64,000 nucleotides of DNA from Octopus sinensis (lineage: Eukaryota): the NCBI RefSeq assembly GCF_006345805.1, contig NC_043002.1, forward strand, positions 82,336,001-82,400,000, given 5' to 3'. Under the pieces are notes generated by a model. The model was not told the origin of the DNA, searched no databases, and saw only the letters and a program-made list of their open reading frames with translations. Below, piece by piece: positions 36,551-50,507 of this stretch. Each line of letters begins with the position of its first letter. Positions within the stretch are counted from its first letter, which is position 1. Made by a program: the position numbers and the translations under genes.

Positions 36551-37715
36551 CAACCCATCCAATCATCCATTCATCCACCCATCTAAATTCAAACACAAAT
36601 AATTTCTAACAGGCATTTTGTTTTAAACTAATAATTGTCTATCCATCCATCCATCCATCCACTGATCCACCCATTCACCCATCCATCCACCCATCTACCA
36701 ATCAACCAATCCATCCATATACCCATTTACACATCCACCCATCCATTCATCTAAATTCAAATACACAAATAATTTCCAACAGGCATTTTGTTTTAAACTA
36801 ATAATTATCCATCCATCCATCGATCCATCCATCAGTCCATGAAACCATCCACCCATCCATCCCTCCACTCATCCACTCATCCATCCAAATTCAAGCACAC
36901 AAATAATTTCTAACAGGCATTTGGTTTTAAACTAATAATTATCCATCCATCCACACATCCACCCATCCATCAAACTAAATTCAAACACACAAATAATCTG
37001 TTTTAAACTATTAATTATCCATCCAACCATTCATCCATCCACCTATCCATCCATCCATCCACCAATCCACTCATCCTTCTATCTAAATTCAAACACAAAT
37101 AATTTCTAACAGGCATTTTGTTTTAAACTAATAATTATCCATCCATCCATCCATGCACCCATGCAACCATCCAACCATCCATACATTTATCCATCCATCC
37201 ATCCATCTAAATTCAAGCACACAAATAATTTCTAACAGGCATTTGGTTTTAAACTAATAATTATCCATCAATCCATCCGTACCATACCACCAATACCATC
37301 CATCCATACCACTTATCTATACATTCCATCCCTCCATCAATCCATCTATACAATCCCATACCATTCATACATCTAAATTCAAACAAATAATTTCTAACAA
37401 GCATTTTGTTTTAAACTAATAATTATCCATCCATCTATACCATACCATCATCCATCCATACCACCCAACCATACTATCCATCCATAGCATCCATTCATAC
37501 CATCCACCCATACCTTATCATCCAATCAATACCATCCACACCATCCATCCATCTAAATTCAAACGCACAAATAATTTCTAACAGGCATTGTTTTAAACTA
37601 ATAATTATCCATCAATCCATCCATACCAAACATACTATCCTTCAATACCATACCATCCAATCATCCATACCACCCATCCATCAATCCTTACCATACCATA
37701 CTATCCATACCATAC
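36551..37715. repeat. Compound array: conserved unit of about 58 bp alternating with variable (CCAT)n/(CCATA)n tracts
   Basis: ATCTAAATTCAAACACAAATAATTTCTAACAGGCATTTTGTTTTAAACTAATAATTATC at about 36581, 36749, 36883, 36974, 37081, 37205, 37371, 37551. Confidence 0.9.
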
Positions 37716-38212
37716 CATCGGCATGGCTTAGCAGTTTGGCAAGAATGGCCAATAGAATTAGGTGCCTGGTATGAAAATAAGTACCGGCATTGCTTCATTC
37801 AAATAAATCCCTTTAAGGTGGTGCCCCAGTATAGCTGCAGTCCATGAAACAAGACCAGAACCTCACATTACTATGGTTCAATCTCAAATCTCTTTGGAAA
37901 CGTTTCCTTATCAGATAACTGTGATTCAGTAGCAGACCCATGGAATGAATCAGAAGATGAGGGATCAGGTTTTGATATCAGAAGGGAGCAAGTCACTGTC
38001 AGTACCATCACTAGAGATGCTCTCCATAAAATAATCTTTGTGCCCAGTGACATGTAAAAGACATACAGAACATTCTGTAAAGTGGTTGCTGTTGGGAGGG
38101 GCATCCAGACATAGAAACCATGCCCCATCAAAGGACTGGAGCAGCTCTCTGTATTTCCAGATCCAATCATGGAAAATGTATGTTAAATGTTGATGTCAGA
38201 CACACACACATA

Positions 38213-38509
38213 TCTTTATATATAAAATTGAAGTTGTGCGTGTGAGACTCTGTCTCCCCCGATTTAGATTCCTAACTACTCCCACATTTTGCGGTGCAGT
38301 TTAACCAAAAGCGGGTATCTTATAGTCGTCATTCATATCAAGCCCTTCTGGGTATTAGCGTGCGTCTACAATTTAAAAAAAAAATTTACCATCATTTTTC
38401 CGCATTTTTAATGATTTTTGCTTGGGTTATATAAGGGAAGTAACTCTCTAAAAATTTTTACATAGTTATTTCCCTTACAAACCCGAGCAACGCTGGGCGA
38501 TACTGCTAG
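38213..38509 (+). mobile_element. Short non-autonomous Helitron
   Basis: A|TC...hairpin...CTAG|T; absent at the paralogous site (about 44290-44310). Confidence 0.85.
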
Positions 38510-38711
38510 TATATATATATATATATTATAAGTATTATTAAGTCAGAAAATGGAGACATCTATTGGATATAAATTATTTAATATCATCACCTACAATTGT
38601 TTCATTTCATACCCAAAATTAAAATTACAAAACATTTTTTAATTCAATAATTATAATAATAATCATGAATAATGATTTACAACATGTAAGAGTAAGATTA
38701 TATAATGAACC

Positions 38712-39390
38712 AGCAGAGGCACCCAGCATTGCCTGGGAATGAAATTTTTCCTCACATATTGGAAGAAAAAAACAAAATATGTTGCAAAGAAATTTGTTAC
38801 TGTAATTTCAGTTTATTCTTCAATTGGGATATATTTATTCTTTAATTGGGAAATCAAGTCTGAATTCATAATAAAAAAAATTTACCACTTTTATGAAAGG
38901 AGTGAAATTCTATCACATATGTTGAAGGAAATTATCAAAGAGCTTTTGGGTAAACGACATTCTTTTGTTTTCTGGTTTGGACCATAGACAAATAAGTCTT
39001 GCAAATTACCTGCCCTGGAGCAAGCAACAAAGTTGACCATGAGAAAAGCAAACAAGTAGTTTTCAAAGACTGGCCTTGACCTTTATGAACAGACACTGCA
39101 AAGTGAAGTAGCACTGGGAATTGTTCGTTTGAACTGAAAGGGCATGTCTGTTGGTTTGGTTGTAATTCTTGGAATGAAAACCTCTTCCCCAGAGGCACAT
39201 CCAGTGATGACGGTAGCTTCTGTTATATTAGGTGATAATGTCTTCACAATAAACCTTGTTCTATCGCATAATTTAAGAGGATCTAAATTTCTTGGAAGCA
39301 TTATTGGGACTCCTATCTTTGGAAAAAGTTTATGTGGTGGAATTCCAGGTGGCTCCAGAGAATTAATGAACTCTGTTGGGTAATGGACAG
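38712..39390 (-). mobile_element. Helitron 3' end with Pif1-type helicase remnant
   Basis: NSLEPPGIPPHKL, MLPRNLDP..LC, VFIPRI, KGQGQSL, KNVVYPKAL*; terminal hairpin CCCAG-gcaatg-CTGGG then CTGG. Confidence 0.85.
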
Positions 39391-39412
39391 CTTGGAGATG
39401 AAACTGATGATG

Positions 39413-41089
39413 TCAAGGATGTGTTTCCTCTCCTGTATGGATGAGTTTGTGTTTAGTTAAAGTATCATTCAGAGCAAATGATCTATCACAGATATCACAG
39501 TGATATGGTTTCTCACCTGTATGAATACGTGTGTGTGTAGCTAAGTTACATTTTTGAGTGAATGACTTTCCACAGATATCGCAGTGATATGGTTTCTCAC
39601 CTGTATGCAAACGTATGTGAGTAGTTAAGTGACCTTTTTGAGTGAATGACTCTCCACAGATATCGCAGTGATTTTGTTTCTCACCTGTATGCAAACGTTT
39701 GTGAATAGTTAAGCTACCTTTTTGAATGAATGATTTACCACAGATATCGCAGTGATATTGTTTCTCACCTGTATGCAAACGTTTGTGAATAGTTAAGCTA
39801 CTTTTTTGAGTAAATGATTTACCACAGATATCGCAGTGATATTGTTTCTCACCTGTATGCAAACGTTTGTGAATAGTTAAGCTACCTTTTTGAGTGAATG
39901 ACTTTCCACAGATATCGCAGTGATATTGTTTCTCACCTGTATGCAAACGTTTGTGAATAGTTAAGCTACCTTTTTGAGTGAATGACTTTCCACAGATATT
40001 GCAGTGATATGGTTTCTCACCTGTGTGAATGCGTTTGTGTGTAGTTAAGTCATTACTTCCAGAGAATGATTTACCACAGATATCGCAATGATAGCGTTTC
40101 TCTCCTGTATGAATGCGTTTATGATGAATTAAATCATTCATCTGAGAGTATGTTTTACCTAAAATATCACATTGATATGCTTTCTTACCTGTATGCATAC
40201 GTTTGTGAGTAGCTAGGTTACTTTTTTGAGAAAATGACTTACCACAGATATCACAGCGATATGGTTCATCACCTGTATGAATGCATTTGTGAATAGTTAA
40301 TACTACATTTCGAGCAAACGATTTACCACAGATATCACATTGATGTGGTTTCTCACCTGTATGCAGACGCTTGTGAATAGTTAAGTTACATTTTTGAGAG
40401 AATGATTTACCACAAATATCACAGTGATATGGCTTCTCTCCAGTGTGAATGTGTTTGTGTGTAGTTAAAGTATTAATTCTAGAGAATGATATACCACAAA
40501 TATTACAGCGATATGGTTTCTCACCTGTATGAATGCGTTTGTGTGTGGTTAATACTATGTTTTGAGCAAATGATTTACCACAGATATCACAGTGATGTGT
40601 TTTCTCACCTGTATGCAGACGTTTGTGAATAGTTAAGCTACTTTTTTGAGTTAATGACTTTCCACAGATATTACAGTGATATGGTTTTTCTCCTGTGTGA
40701 GTGCGTTTGTGTTTAGTTAAAGTACCATTCATAGCGAAAGATTTACCACAGATATCACAGTGATATGGTTTCTCACCTGTATGCATACGTGTGTGTGTAG
40801 TTAAGCTACATTTTTGAGAGAATGAATTACCACAGATATCACAGCGATATGGTTTCTCACCTGTGTGACTGCGTTTATGTGTAGTTAAGTTACTAAATGC
40901 AGGGAATGTTTTACCACAAATATCACAGTGATATGGTTTCTCTCCTGTGTGACTGCGTTTATGAGTAGTTAGGTTCCCTCTCCTAGAGAAAGACTTTTTG
41001 CAGATATCACAACAGTACGATAATTTTTCTCTTTTTATCGACATCCCTTCACAAAATAAGCCATCCTTTACATTTCTCACATAACTCAT
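39413..41089 (-). CDS. Poly-C2H2 zinc-finger protein, 558 aa, 19 fingers (finger 11 has Cys>Leu)
   Basis: Uninterrupted CxxC-x12-HxxxH repeats with TGEKP linkers; no recognisable effector domain. Confidence 0.92.
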   Translation of the reverse strand: MSYVRNVKDGLFCEGMSIKREKLSYCCDICKKSFSRRGNLTTHKRSHTGEKPYHCDICGKTFPAFSNLTTHKRSHTGEKPYRCDICGNSFSQKCSLTTHTRMHTGEKPYHCDICGKSFAMNGTLTKHKRTHTGEKPYHCNICGKSLTQKSSLTIHKRLHTGEKTHHCDICGKSFAQNIVLTTHKRIHTGEKPYRCNICGISFSRINTLTTHKHIHTGEKPYHCDICGKSFSQKCNLTIHKRLHTGEKPHQCDICGKSFARNVVLTIHKCIHTGDEPYRCDICGKSFSQKSNLATHKRMHTGKKAYQCDILGKTYSQMNDLIHHKRIHTGEKRYHCDICGKSFSGSNDLTTHKRIHTGEKPYHCNICGKSFTQKGSLTIHKRLHTGEKQYHCDICGKSFTQKGSLTIHKRLHTGEKQYHCDICGKSFTQKSSLTIHKRLHTGEKQYHCDICGKSFIQKGSLTIHKRLHTGEKQNHCDICGESFTQKGHLTTHIRLHTGEKPYHCDICGKSFTQKCNLATHTRIHTGEKPYHCDICDRSFALNDTLTKHKLIHTGEETHP

Positions 41090-42884
41090 TGTTCTGTAAT
41101 GTTTCTGATACTACCACAATAAATAAATATTTTTCTTGTCTGATTTTGTCAGTATCTGAATGTTACAAATTTCCTTGTAAATGTATCTATGTTTAATTAG
41201 AATGTGAAATACAGTGTGTAAGAAAAATGTCGCTATCAATTTCAGTTCAGAACAAAGTATTTCACAGTTATTCATCATCGATATATTATGTAAACATGTT
41301 TATATCAATTATTTATCACATCTTTATAAGATTATAAATATTCTTGATGTATCTCTAGCAAAAATCCAATCATCCACAATCGTCTGATATTCTGAAATGA
41401 TATAGAAATAATATACAATAGAGAAAATAGTTAAAAAGGAGAGATTCAATAATAGAAATGTTAGTTTGTTTTCATAAGGATAAACTGTGAATATAAATTT
41501 TCAGCTAAAGAGTTACTTTCCCTTGTTATTAAAATTGGATCTATTCCATCTCAATCACAAAGTAAAAAAAAAATTTTTAACTAAAAAGTTTGAATCTTCA
41601 AATACTGGTAGAATTTCTCTGAATGATTTTGACAAAATTTCCTATTTTAGAAGTTATTTCATGTTAAAGTTGTCGTATTTGGGTAATTTCAACCAATCAA
41701 CGACGTGTATTCCGTTGAAGAAAGCTACTGCTGTTTATGATAGTAATTGAAGATGAACAACTTCCGGGTCATCTCTACTAAACGTCACCACTCTGTTGTA
41801 TTCATCACGTTTATCCTTCCTAGTGAGCAATGTACATTCCTTACTCTTTCCCTCCCTTATACACTATCAACTAGCATCCACTGAGCAAACTTGTCACTGC
41901 CACTACAGTTACCCTATTATCCGGTGTATAAGCTGCTATTTGTTTTGTTTTACCGTCATGTTTTGATAATGTTATTTTTAATCTAATGAAGACTTATATT
42001 TATTTCTTTATTGCCAACAGAGGGGACAGGCATGGACAAAGGCAATAAGTCGATTTCATTAACCTCGGTGCGTAACTGGTACTTATTTAATCGACCCCGA
42101 AAGGATGAAAGGCAAATTTAACCTCGGCGGAATTTAAACTCAGAACGTAACGGCAGAAGAAATACCGCTAAGCATTTCGCCCGGCGTGCTAACGACATTG
42201 TTCTAAAAGCACTCGTAAAGGTTTAGCCATATTCATTATACTGCTTGAAGATGGAGTTCGTTAAAAGCTGTGTATTGTTTTATCGTAGCGGTTATCACTA
42301 GCCACATGTTTGTCGACTATTTGAGTTACCAAAGATGACCACAGTCGTATATACGTTCCGTTTTTAGTACCTGAGAACAATGAATTCTGCAGCATCATAA
42401 AACACAATTTACCGACAGAGACTCATATAGCCAACAAAGTGTCTCGCTCTTTTAACGGACCTGAGCAATAACTGCAATAGCTATAGTAAAACAAATTATT
42501 GTACCGGTTATCACTAACCACAAGGTTGTCGGCTTTTTATGTGGTTAAACAGAACGACAGTCAGAGAACAGTAATCTTTTTAGTTTTTCTATCATTATAA
42601 GTGAATTTTTGTTTTCCTATATAACGTATAAACAGAGGTATATCTTTCGGATGCACTTGTCCAAATTTAGCCGAATATACACGTAGACAAACCATCTCCG
42701 ATACAAAGCGAAAGGGGCCACGCAGAAACGGTTTGCGACATTCACCTGAGTTCACTAATTAATTATCATTTTATGTGACTACTATAATCAATTAAACTGA
42801 ATTAATTACGGTATATTTCATACACATAAAAAAGCAAGGCATTCGGAGATTTCGACTTAACCGAAATGTATATTAATTACTTAC

Positions 42885-43009
42885 CTGGTGTTTTATATAA
42901 ACCCGGGTTTAATGTGAAATGTCTTTAATTTAGCTTAAGAGACGTTTCAACAAAAAATTGAATTGTAAGACATTTCAAAAAACCGACACGGTAAAGAGCG
43001 AAACGAACT
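42885..43009 (-). promoter_or_regulatory. Predicted non-coding exon 1 of ZNF gene 1
   Basis: TTAGTT Inr-like start; CAG|GTAAGT donor at 42884; pyrimidine tract + TTTCAG acceptor at 41392; all conserved in the paralog. Confidence 0.6.
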
Positions 43010-46000
43010 AATTTCTGATGGTTGTGTACATAATGTTATCAATCTTTTGTGATTTACAAAATTAATGTTACCAATTTTTTCCTTTTTAATTGCCTAAAAA
43101 TACACTTAAAAATATAATACAGACTTTTTAAAGCATGGATTATAAAGGATATCTAGACGAAATTATATTTTATTAATGGGAATTATAAAAATAAGATACG
43201 AAACTAGAAATGAAAGGAAGGAAGCGAACTATCGATATCTGGTCAAAAGATTAGAAACAAGATTATTTGGAATAAGATTTTTAAAATATTTAAATCAAAT
43301 TTACATAAGTTAAGTTTATCCTAAAATTCCACTGAAGCATCTGAGATAGTTGATCATTTTTACTATTATGATTCTCTGTTAATTTTAAATTTGGTGAAAT
43401 GGAAAATTTTCATCATCATGCTTAATAGTAGATATGGATTTTGATACATATAATATATGTATAAAATGGATTTTGATACATTCCGCCATATAATATAAGG
43501 AGTCGGTAGTGATGCCCCATGCTATATTCTTAATATGCCATGGGAGTCACCATGATTTTCAATGGGGATTTCTTTCTTTTATATATATGGAGTCTTTGGT
43601 GTGGCTGTGTGGTAAGAAGTTTGCTTCAGAACCTCATGGGTTGAGGTTAAGTCCTACTAAGTGGTACCTTGGGAAACTGTCTTCTACTATAGCCCAAGGC
43701 TATGGTGGAAGCTGTAAGATGTCCAGTGTATGTATATATATGTGTGTGGTCTGTTTGTGTTTGTTTCCCATCACTGCTTGACACTAGGTGTTGGTTTGTT
43801 GACATCGGCATGGCTTAGCAGTTTGGCAACAATGGCCACTAGAATTAGGTGCCTGGTATGAAAATAAGTACCGGGATTGCTTCATTCAAATCCCTTTAAG
43901 ATGGTGCACCAGCATGGCCACAAGTCATGAAACAAGATCAGAACCTCATATTACTGTGGTTCAATCGGAAATCTCTTTGGAAACGTTTCCTTATCAGATG
44001 ACGGTGATTCAGTAGCAGACCCATGGAATGAATCAGAAGACGAGGGATCAGGTTTTGATATCAGAAGGGAGCAAGTCACTGTCAGCAACATCACTGGAGA
44101 TGCTCTCCATAAAATAATCTTTGTGCCCAGTGCTGGTGACATGTAAAAGATGCCCAGAAAATTCTGTAAAGTGGTTGGCATTAGGCATCCATCCATAGAA
44201 ACCATGCCACAATAGGCAAATGGAGGCTGGTGCAGGCCTCTGGCTGACCAGATCTAGACATGGAAAATGGATGTTAATTGATGATCTCACACACATATAT
44301 ATATATTACATATTATTAATAAGTTAGAAAACGGAGAAATCTATTGGATATAAATTATTTTATTAATTAATTAAAACCATCACCTACAACTGTTCCATTC
44401 TACAACCACAATTTAAATTACAAAACATATATAAATATATATAATCTTACATTTTAAAACAGCTGTGGTGGAAAATCATTTGGGGAGGACAAAAGGACAA
44501 TGTGCATGTATGTGTGCACACATGCTTTAAAAATATTACTTTATTTTTAACTTCAATAATAATAATAATCATGAATAATGTTTTACAGTATGTTAGAATG
44601 AGATTATATAATGAATAAAATAAAATAAAAGTGAAATATATTTTATATTCATGAAAGAAAGTTTATGTTCATGTTTGTAAATGTGTGTGTACGTTTAAGC
44701 GCATAAAAAATAATTTCCGTCAAAGGGCAGAGGAACTCCATGAACAGTCAATGGCCATCCAACAAAAAAATGTCTAATATATATATGCCGTCACTTAGCA
44801 GTTCGGCAAAAGAGACTGATAGAATAAGTACTGGGCTTACAAAGAATAAGTCCCAGGGTCGAGTTGCTCGATTAAAGGCGGTGCTCCAGCATGGCCAGTC
44901 AAATGACAGAAACAAGTAAGAGAGAAAAAGAGAGAGAATGCGTGTCATATTTTAAATTTTATTTTTACCTTTATGTACATATATTATCTTCTGTTTCTTG
45001 ATGTCATATCTTTCATCTATATATATCATTTTATACTTTATTTTTCATTTATCTCCTTTGTGTGTGTGTGTGTCAGGTTAGACTAATGCTGCTACCAAAA
45101 TGACAGAAGATGGTACAACCTGCGGCTGTTTCTGCTGCCTTGTAGACATATACAGGACTATGAAAGGCTAAGGGAATAAACCCAAATAGAAAATCAGGAG
45201 AGAGGGACCCTAAGGCAGTTGATGGGGAGGAATGATCCAAACTATCCTCTGGCAGCCCCTGCAACTTTGCTGGTTCCAGATGTATTGACCTTGTCTCTCC
45301 TTTGGACTAAATCAGTGAATTCGAGAGAGGGATCGTGCAAATTGGGTAAGGCACGTTCTCCATACATTCAGAGCCCAGGCATTTAGCTTAGCCAAGGACA
45401 TAGAATTTCTGGGAGGACGCAGCAAAAAGATAAAAAAAAAAAAGAGAGCGTATGGAGAGGACACTTCATCTTTGCTGTAACAGTCAAGGAAAACAACAGA
45501 GGAGTGGCAGATTACAGGTTATAAGGTATCCTTATTTGGTGAAGCGGGATGTCACCACGGGTCATCTTCGACGATAGGAGTGATTATTCAATCGCACTGA
45601 TCAGCTACCGCCCGCCTTAAACTGGGCAGTCCCCAGTCAGTAAGATGCTCATCCACCACGTCTGTCCGCTAAGGGTGTATGGAGCTAGGATAAAAACTGA
45701 AAAGTAGATGTAAAGCCCAGCACCTGGCAAAAGAGAAAGAAAATTGAAATTGAACGCCACTGAAACTAGGGACCTGGAATGGCAATCATTGTCAGAGAGC
45801 TCACACAGCTGAATGCAGACAGCACTGCACTGTAAGAGACAAGACTTGCTGACTCTGGTTCCATTAGGGAAAGAAATCACACATTTTTCTGGAAGGGTGA
45901 TTATAAAATATATAAAATATAAAAAATAAATATGTAGAAATAAGGAATAAAGAATAAAAAAAAAAAATGAAGGTGATATGAAATTTGTTTATACACGTTC

Positions 46001-46259
46001 ATACATGCGTATGTGTGTATATTGTTTATGTATTAGCTTGCATATGCAGATATTTCCTTGTAAAGTTACTACATCAGTTCCTAAATGGATCACTTTGTTG
46101 GTATTTATAAAATAAAATATAAATAAGCAGAAACAAGGAATAAAGAATAAAAGAAAAATAAAAGGTGAAATAAGATTTGCTTATACACGTAAATATATGT
46201 GTATATGCATTTAGTGTTTATTAGCTTCTACATATACACTTCATTCTAAAGTTACATCT

Positions 46260-46300
<41 letters not shown>

Positions 46301-47068
46301 GCTTCTTTCAGTTTCCATCCACTAAATCCAATCACAAGACTTTGGTCAGTCTGATGCCATAGGAGAAGACACTCACTGAAGGTACTACACATTGGGACTG
46401 AACCCAGAACCATGTGATTGGCAAGCAAACTTGTTAACGCACAGTTACGCCTATACCTATGCTTAGACGTTCTACATATAAAATCAATGGAGAATAATTA
46501 GTGAGTAAAGCAACTTTATTCTTCTTTCAGGTTTCAACAAATAATCACAAAATATGATGAGTTCAGAAGTGAAAAATCTCAATCTCGCAGCTGAAATGAC
46601 TAAAGATTGAGATAATGTTTTTAGGTCCAACACTCAGTAAAAAAATGGGAGATTTCACACAACTAGTGATATTTTCCTGTATGGATACTTATATGCCTGG
46701 TTAAGTGATTTCCTTGGGAGAATTATTTACCACAGAAGGATGAAGTATTGAAGGCCAATCTCAAAATGCTGAACCTTATAAAGGAGATGACAGACGATTG
46801 AGATATGTGGTACATTGCTGTACTGGAGAAGACCTTCCCACCATAACACAATTGAGATCCTGAAACCAAGGTGCTATGTAAAAAGCACTGATGATGGGGC
46901 TACGTCAGAAACACCCAGTACACTCTGTGGAATGGTTGGCATTAGGAAAGGTATCCAGTCATAGAAACCAAACCAAAACAGACTATGGAACCTGGTGCAG
47001 CCCCTGGCCTCATCAGCTCCTGCAAAGCCATGGAAAACAGACATTAAAAGTTGATGAAGATGATGATG

Positions 47069-48235
47069 TCATGGTGACGTTTTCTCTCCTGTATGAATGA
47101 GTTTGTGTTTAGATAAAGTATCATTAAGAGGAAATGATTTACCACAGATATCACAGCGATATGGTTTCTCACCTGTATGAATGCGTTTGTGAGTAGTTAA
47201 GTGACCATTTTGTGTGAATGATTTACCACAGATATTACAGAGATATGGTTTCTCACCTGTATGGATGCGTTTGTGTGTGGTTAATACATCATTTAGAGCA
47301 AACGATTTACCACAGATATCACAGTGATATGGTTTTTTACCTGTATGCAGACGTTTGTGAGTAGTTAAGTGACCTTTTTGAGTGAATGATTTACCACAGA
47401 TATCACAGCGATATGGCTTCTCTCCTGTGTGAATACGTTTGTGTATAGTTAAGCCATCACTTCCAGAAAATGATTTACCACACATGTCGCAATGATAGGG
47501 TTTCTCTCCTATATGGAGACGTTTATGATGAATTAAATTATTCATCTGAGAGAATGTTTTACCACAAATATCACAGTGATATGGTTTTTCGCCTGTGTGA
47601 ATGCGTTTATGAGCTGTCAAGGTACTATTTATAGCAAATGACTTACCACAGATATTACAGTGGTATGGTTTCTTACCTGTATGAGTGCGTTTGTGATTAG
47701 TTAATACATCGTTTACTGCAAATGATTTACCACAGATATCACAGTGATATGGTTTCATACCTGTATGAATACGTGTATGAGTAGTTAAGTTACCTTTTTG
47801 AGAGAATAACTTACCACAGATATCACAGTGATAAGGTTTCTCACCTGTGTGAATGCGTTTGTGTATAGTTAAGTTACTAAACGCAGGGAATGTTTTACCA
47901 CAAATATCACAGTGATATTGTTTTTCTTCTGTGTGACTGCATTTATGAGTTTTTAAGGTACTATTTGTTGAAAATGACTTCCCACAATCATCACAGTGAT
48001 ATGGTTTCTCTCCTGTGTGAAAGTATTTATGTTTAGTCAAGAGGTTATTTTGAGAGAATGATTTACCACAGATATCACAGTGATATGGCTTCTCTCCTGT
48101 AGAAATGCATTTATGAGTAGTTAGGTAACCTCTCTGAGAGAAAGACTTTTTGCAGATATCACAATGGTATGATAATTTTTCTCTTTTTCTCGTCGTTTCT
48201 TCAGGAAATAAGCCATCCTTTCTAACATAACTCAT
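47069..48235 (-). CDS. Poly-C2H2 zinc-finger protein, 388 aa, 13 fingers (finger 1 lacks the last His)
   Basis: Same architecture and N-terminus (MSYVR..DGLF...REKLSY) as 39413-41089. Confidence 0.92.
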   Translation of the reverse strand: MSYVRKDGLFPEETTRKREKLSYHCDICKKSFSQRGYLTTHKCISTGEKPYHCDICGKSFSQNNLLTKHKYFHTGEKPYHCDDCGKSFSTNSTLKTHKCSHTEEKQYHCDICGKTFPAFSNLTIHKRIHTGEKPYHCDICGKLFSQKGNLTTHTRIHTGMKPYHCDICGKSFAVNDVLTNHKRTHTGKKPYHCNICGKSFAINSTLTAHKRIHTGEKPYHCDICGKTFSQMNNLIHHKRLHIGEKPYHCDMCGKSFSGSDGLTIHKRIHTGEKPYRCDICGKSFTQKGHLTTHKRLHTGKKPYHCDICGKSFALNDVLTTHKRIHTGEKPYLCNICGKSFTQNGHLTTHKRIHTGEKPYRCDICGKSFPLNDTLSKHKLIHTGEKTSP

Positions 48236-50381
48236 TGTTCTATAATGTTTCTGATACTACCACAATAAATATATATTTTTCTTGTGTTTATATATATATA
48301 TATATATTTCTAGTGACTTTGTCAGTATCTGAAGGTTACAGATTTCCTTGTAAATGTATCCATGTTTAATTGGAATGTGAAATGAAAATATTCCAGGCAG
48401 TGATGAAGAAAAATGTCGCTATCAATCTCAGTCCAGAACAAAGTATTTCACAGTTATTGATCATAGACATATTATGTAAACATGTTTATATCAATTATTT
48501 ATCACATCTTCCTTTAGTCTTTAAAAGTTTATCAATATTCTTGATGTATCTCTAGTAAAAATCCGTTCGTGCCACAGACGTCTGATGTTCTGAAATGATA
48601 TAAAAACAATATAAAATCAAGAAAATAGTTAAAAAGGAGAGATTCAATAATAGAAATGTTAGTATGTTTTTATAAGGATAAACTGTGGATATAAATTTTT
48701 ACCTAAAAAGATACTTTCTATTTTGTTATTAAAATTATATTCTACAACCTTGAGGTAATGTCTACATATTCACAGGCATCGGCTCCCCCACCTTCAGATA
48801 TTATGTAACATTTTAAACTACACAATCATCATTTCATCATTTAACGCCTATTTTCCATGCTGGCATGGGTTGGACAGCTTGAGAGGAGCTGGTGACCCAG
48901 GAGACTACACCAGGCTTTGTGATAACACTATCTTCAGCAACATAATTAGTCACTGTTGTTCAGCCCTAGGCCTGTCCTGATAGAGTAGGTCTATGATCAA
49001 AGGCATTCCAGCCATGATCATCCCACCTTTGCTTCAGCCATTCTATTGCCTGAACTATATTATTCTTCAAGATAATTCTTAAGTTTTAAAACCAAAACGG
49101 GCAGTTTAGGTAAAACATTTTTACTGTTGACCAACCCCCTAGATATGCCTAGACATCCACTGTTGTTAAGTCGCAGGTCAGGCCTGTCAGAGTAGAATTA
49201 TGAAGAAAGGCATTCCTACCATGACCATCTCAGCCTTCCTTCTCAATTTTCAATACCAGATAATAGAATTTGAAGTGAACTTAACTGCTATTTCCAGCAT
49301 GTCGACCGACCACATAGAGACTCCCATGGAGCATCACTGTTGTTTAGTCCCAGGTCAACTTCGCTTGAGCAAGCTTATTACAAAAGGTTGGCTGTTTTCA
49401 TGACAGATCAAACAGACATATCTACAGTTTTGACGAGGGGTCAGCAAGGTGGTCAACATTGACACCTTGGCTATCCAAGGAGTCGATAACCTCTTCCAAC
49501 GATTTTGAACGTTAGACTGGTTTTTCGTCATGTTCGTGATAGGGCGCCAAACTCGATCCTGAAAGTTATGAAGGGAAAAAAAAAAAACGTATCGTGTCAA
49601 CTTTCCAACAATCCTCTCCCCACTCCTTGTCATTGTTGACCAGAGGCCAGCAAAGTGGTCAATTCGGTTATCCAAGGAGTCGATAAACATAAAGTACCAG
49701 TAAAATACTGTGGTCCACAGTGTTAACTAACCTGCTCTCTTCAAAACTGCTTATATAAAACAATGTAATAATTTTTTTACACAAATTAAATAAATTATTT
49801 TTATAAACAAAGGTTAGGGTTACGTTTAGGGTTAAAGAGTCGTTCTAGGATCGACTACTTACAACTAGCTAGTGTGGATGCGCGAGTGCGCGCACCGGGA
49901 CCACTGTTCTAGTAGTACCCAAATAAATGTGCAACTGAATTCTAGAAGCTGTGTTTCACCCACTTTTAACAAGAAAACTTCTCACACTTTACCACGCCAA
50001 ACCAAGCTACGTCTCTATATCTCTTCGCTTCCTCACATTTCCGATTCATGCACGATGCTTGCCTCCAACTCCCCAATCCTGTTCCCTTGGTACTGTGCCA
50101 CTGTATCATTGTTCTCGTAATCGTAAACTATGCCCAGAACGACAGTCAGAGAGCAGTAATCATTTTGGTTTTTCTATCATTTTAAGTGAATATTTGTTTT
50201 CATATATATCTTATAAACAGAGGTATATCTTTCGGATACACTTGTCCAAATTTAGCCGAATATACACGTAGACAAACCATCGCTGATACTAAGAGAAAGG
50301 GACCACGGTATATTTCATACACATAAAAAAGCAAGGCATTCGGAGATTTCGACTTAACCGAAATGTATATTAATTACTTAC

Positions 50382-50507
50382 CTGGTGTTTTATATAAATC
50401 TGGGATTAATGTGAAATGTCTTTAATTTAGCTTAAGAGACGTTTCAACAAAAAATTGAATTGTAAGACATTTCAAAAAAACCGACACGGTAAAGAGTGAA
50501 ACGAACT
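50382..50507 (-). promoter_or_regulatory. Predicted non-coding exon 1 of ZNF gene 2
   Basis: Near-identical to 42885-43009; donor at 50381; acceptor at 48590. Confidence 0.6.

Noticed and set aside
36551-37715. CRISPR-like repeat-spacer appearance
   Set aside because: Spacers are CCAT microsatellite of variable length, the repeats are too long, there are no cas genes, and the context is eukaryotic.
45070-45880. GC-richer block, possibly an LTR or LINE 5' region
   Set aside because: No termini, TSD or protein motif could be established by eye.
46888-46925. CTGATGA...GAAAC...GTA; similar partial hits at about 12575-12635, 56116-56150 and 59870-59910
   Set aside because: Stem I and/or stem II cannot pair.
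49802-49835. TTAGGG telomere-like repeats (also about 51575-51615)
   Set aside because: Only two or three degenerate units, embedded in MITE-related sequence.
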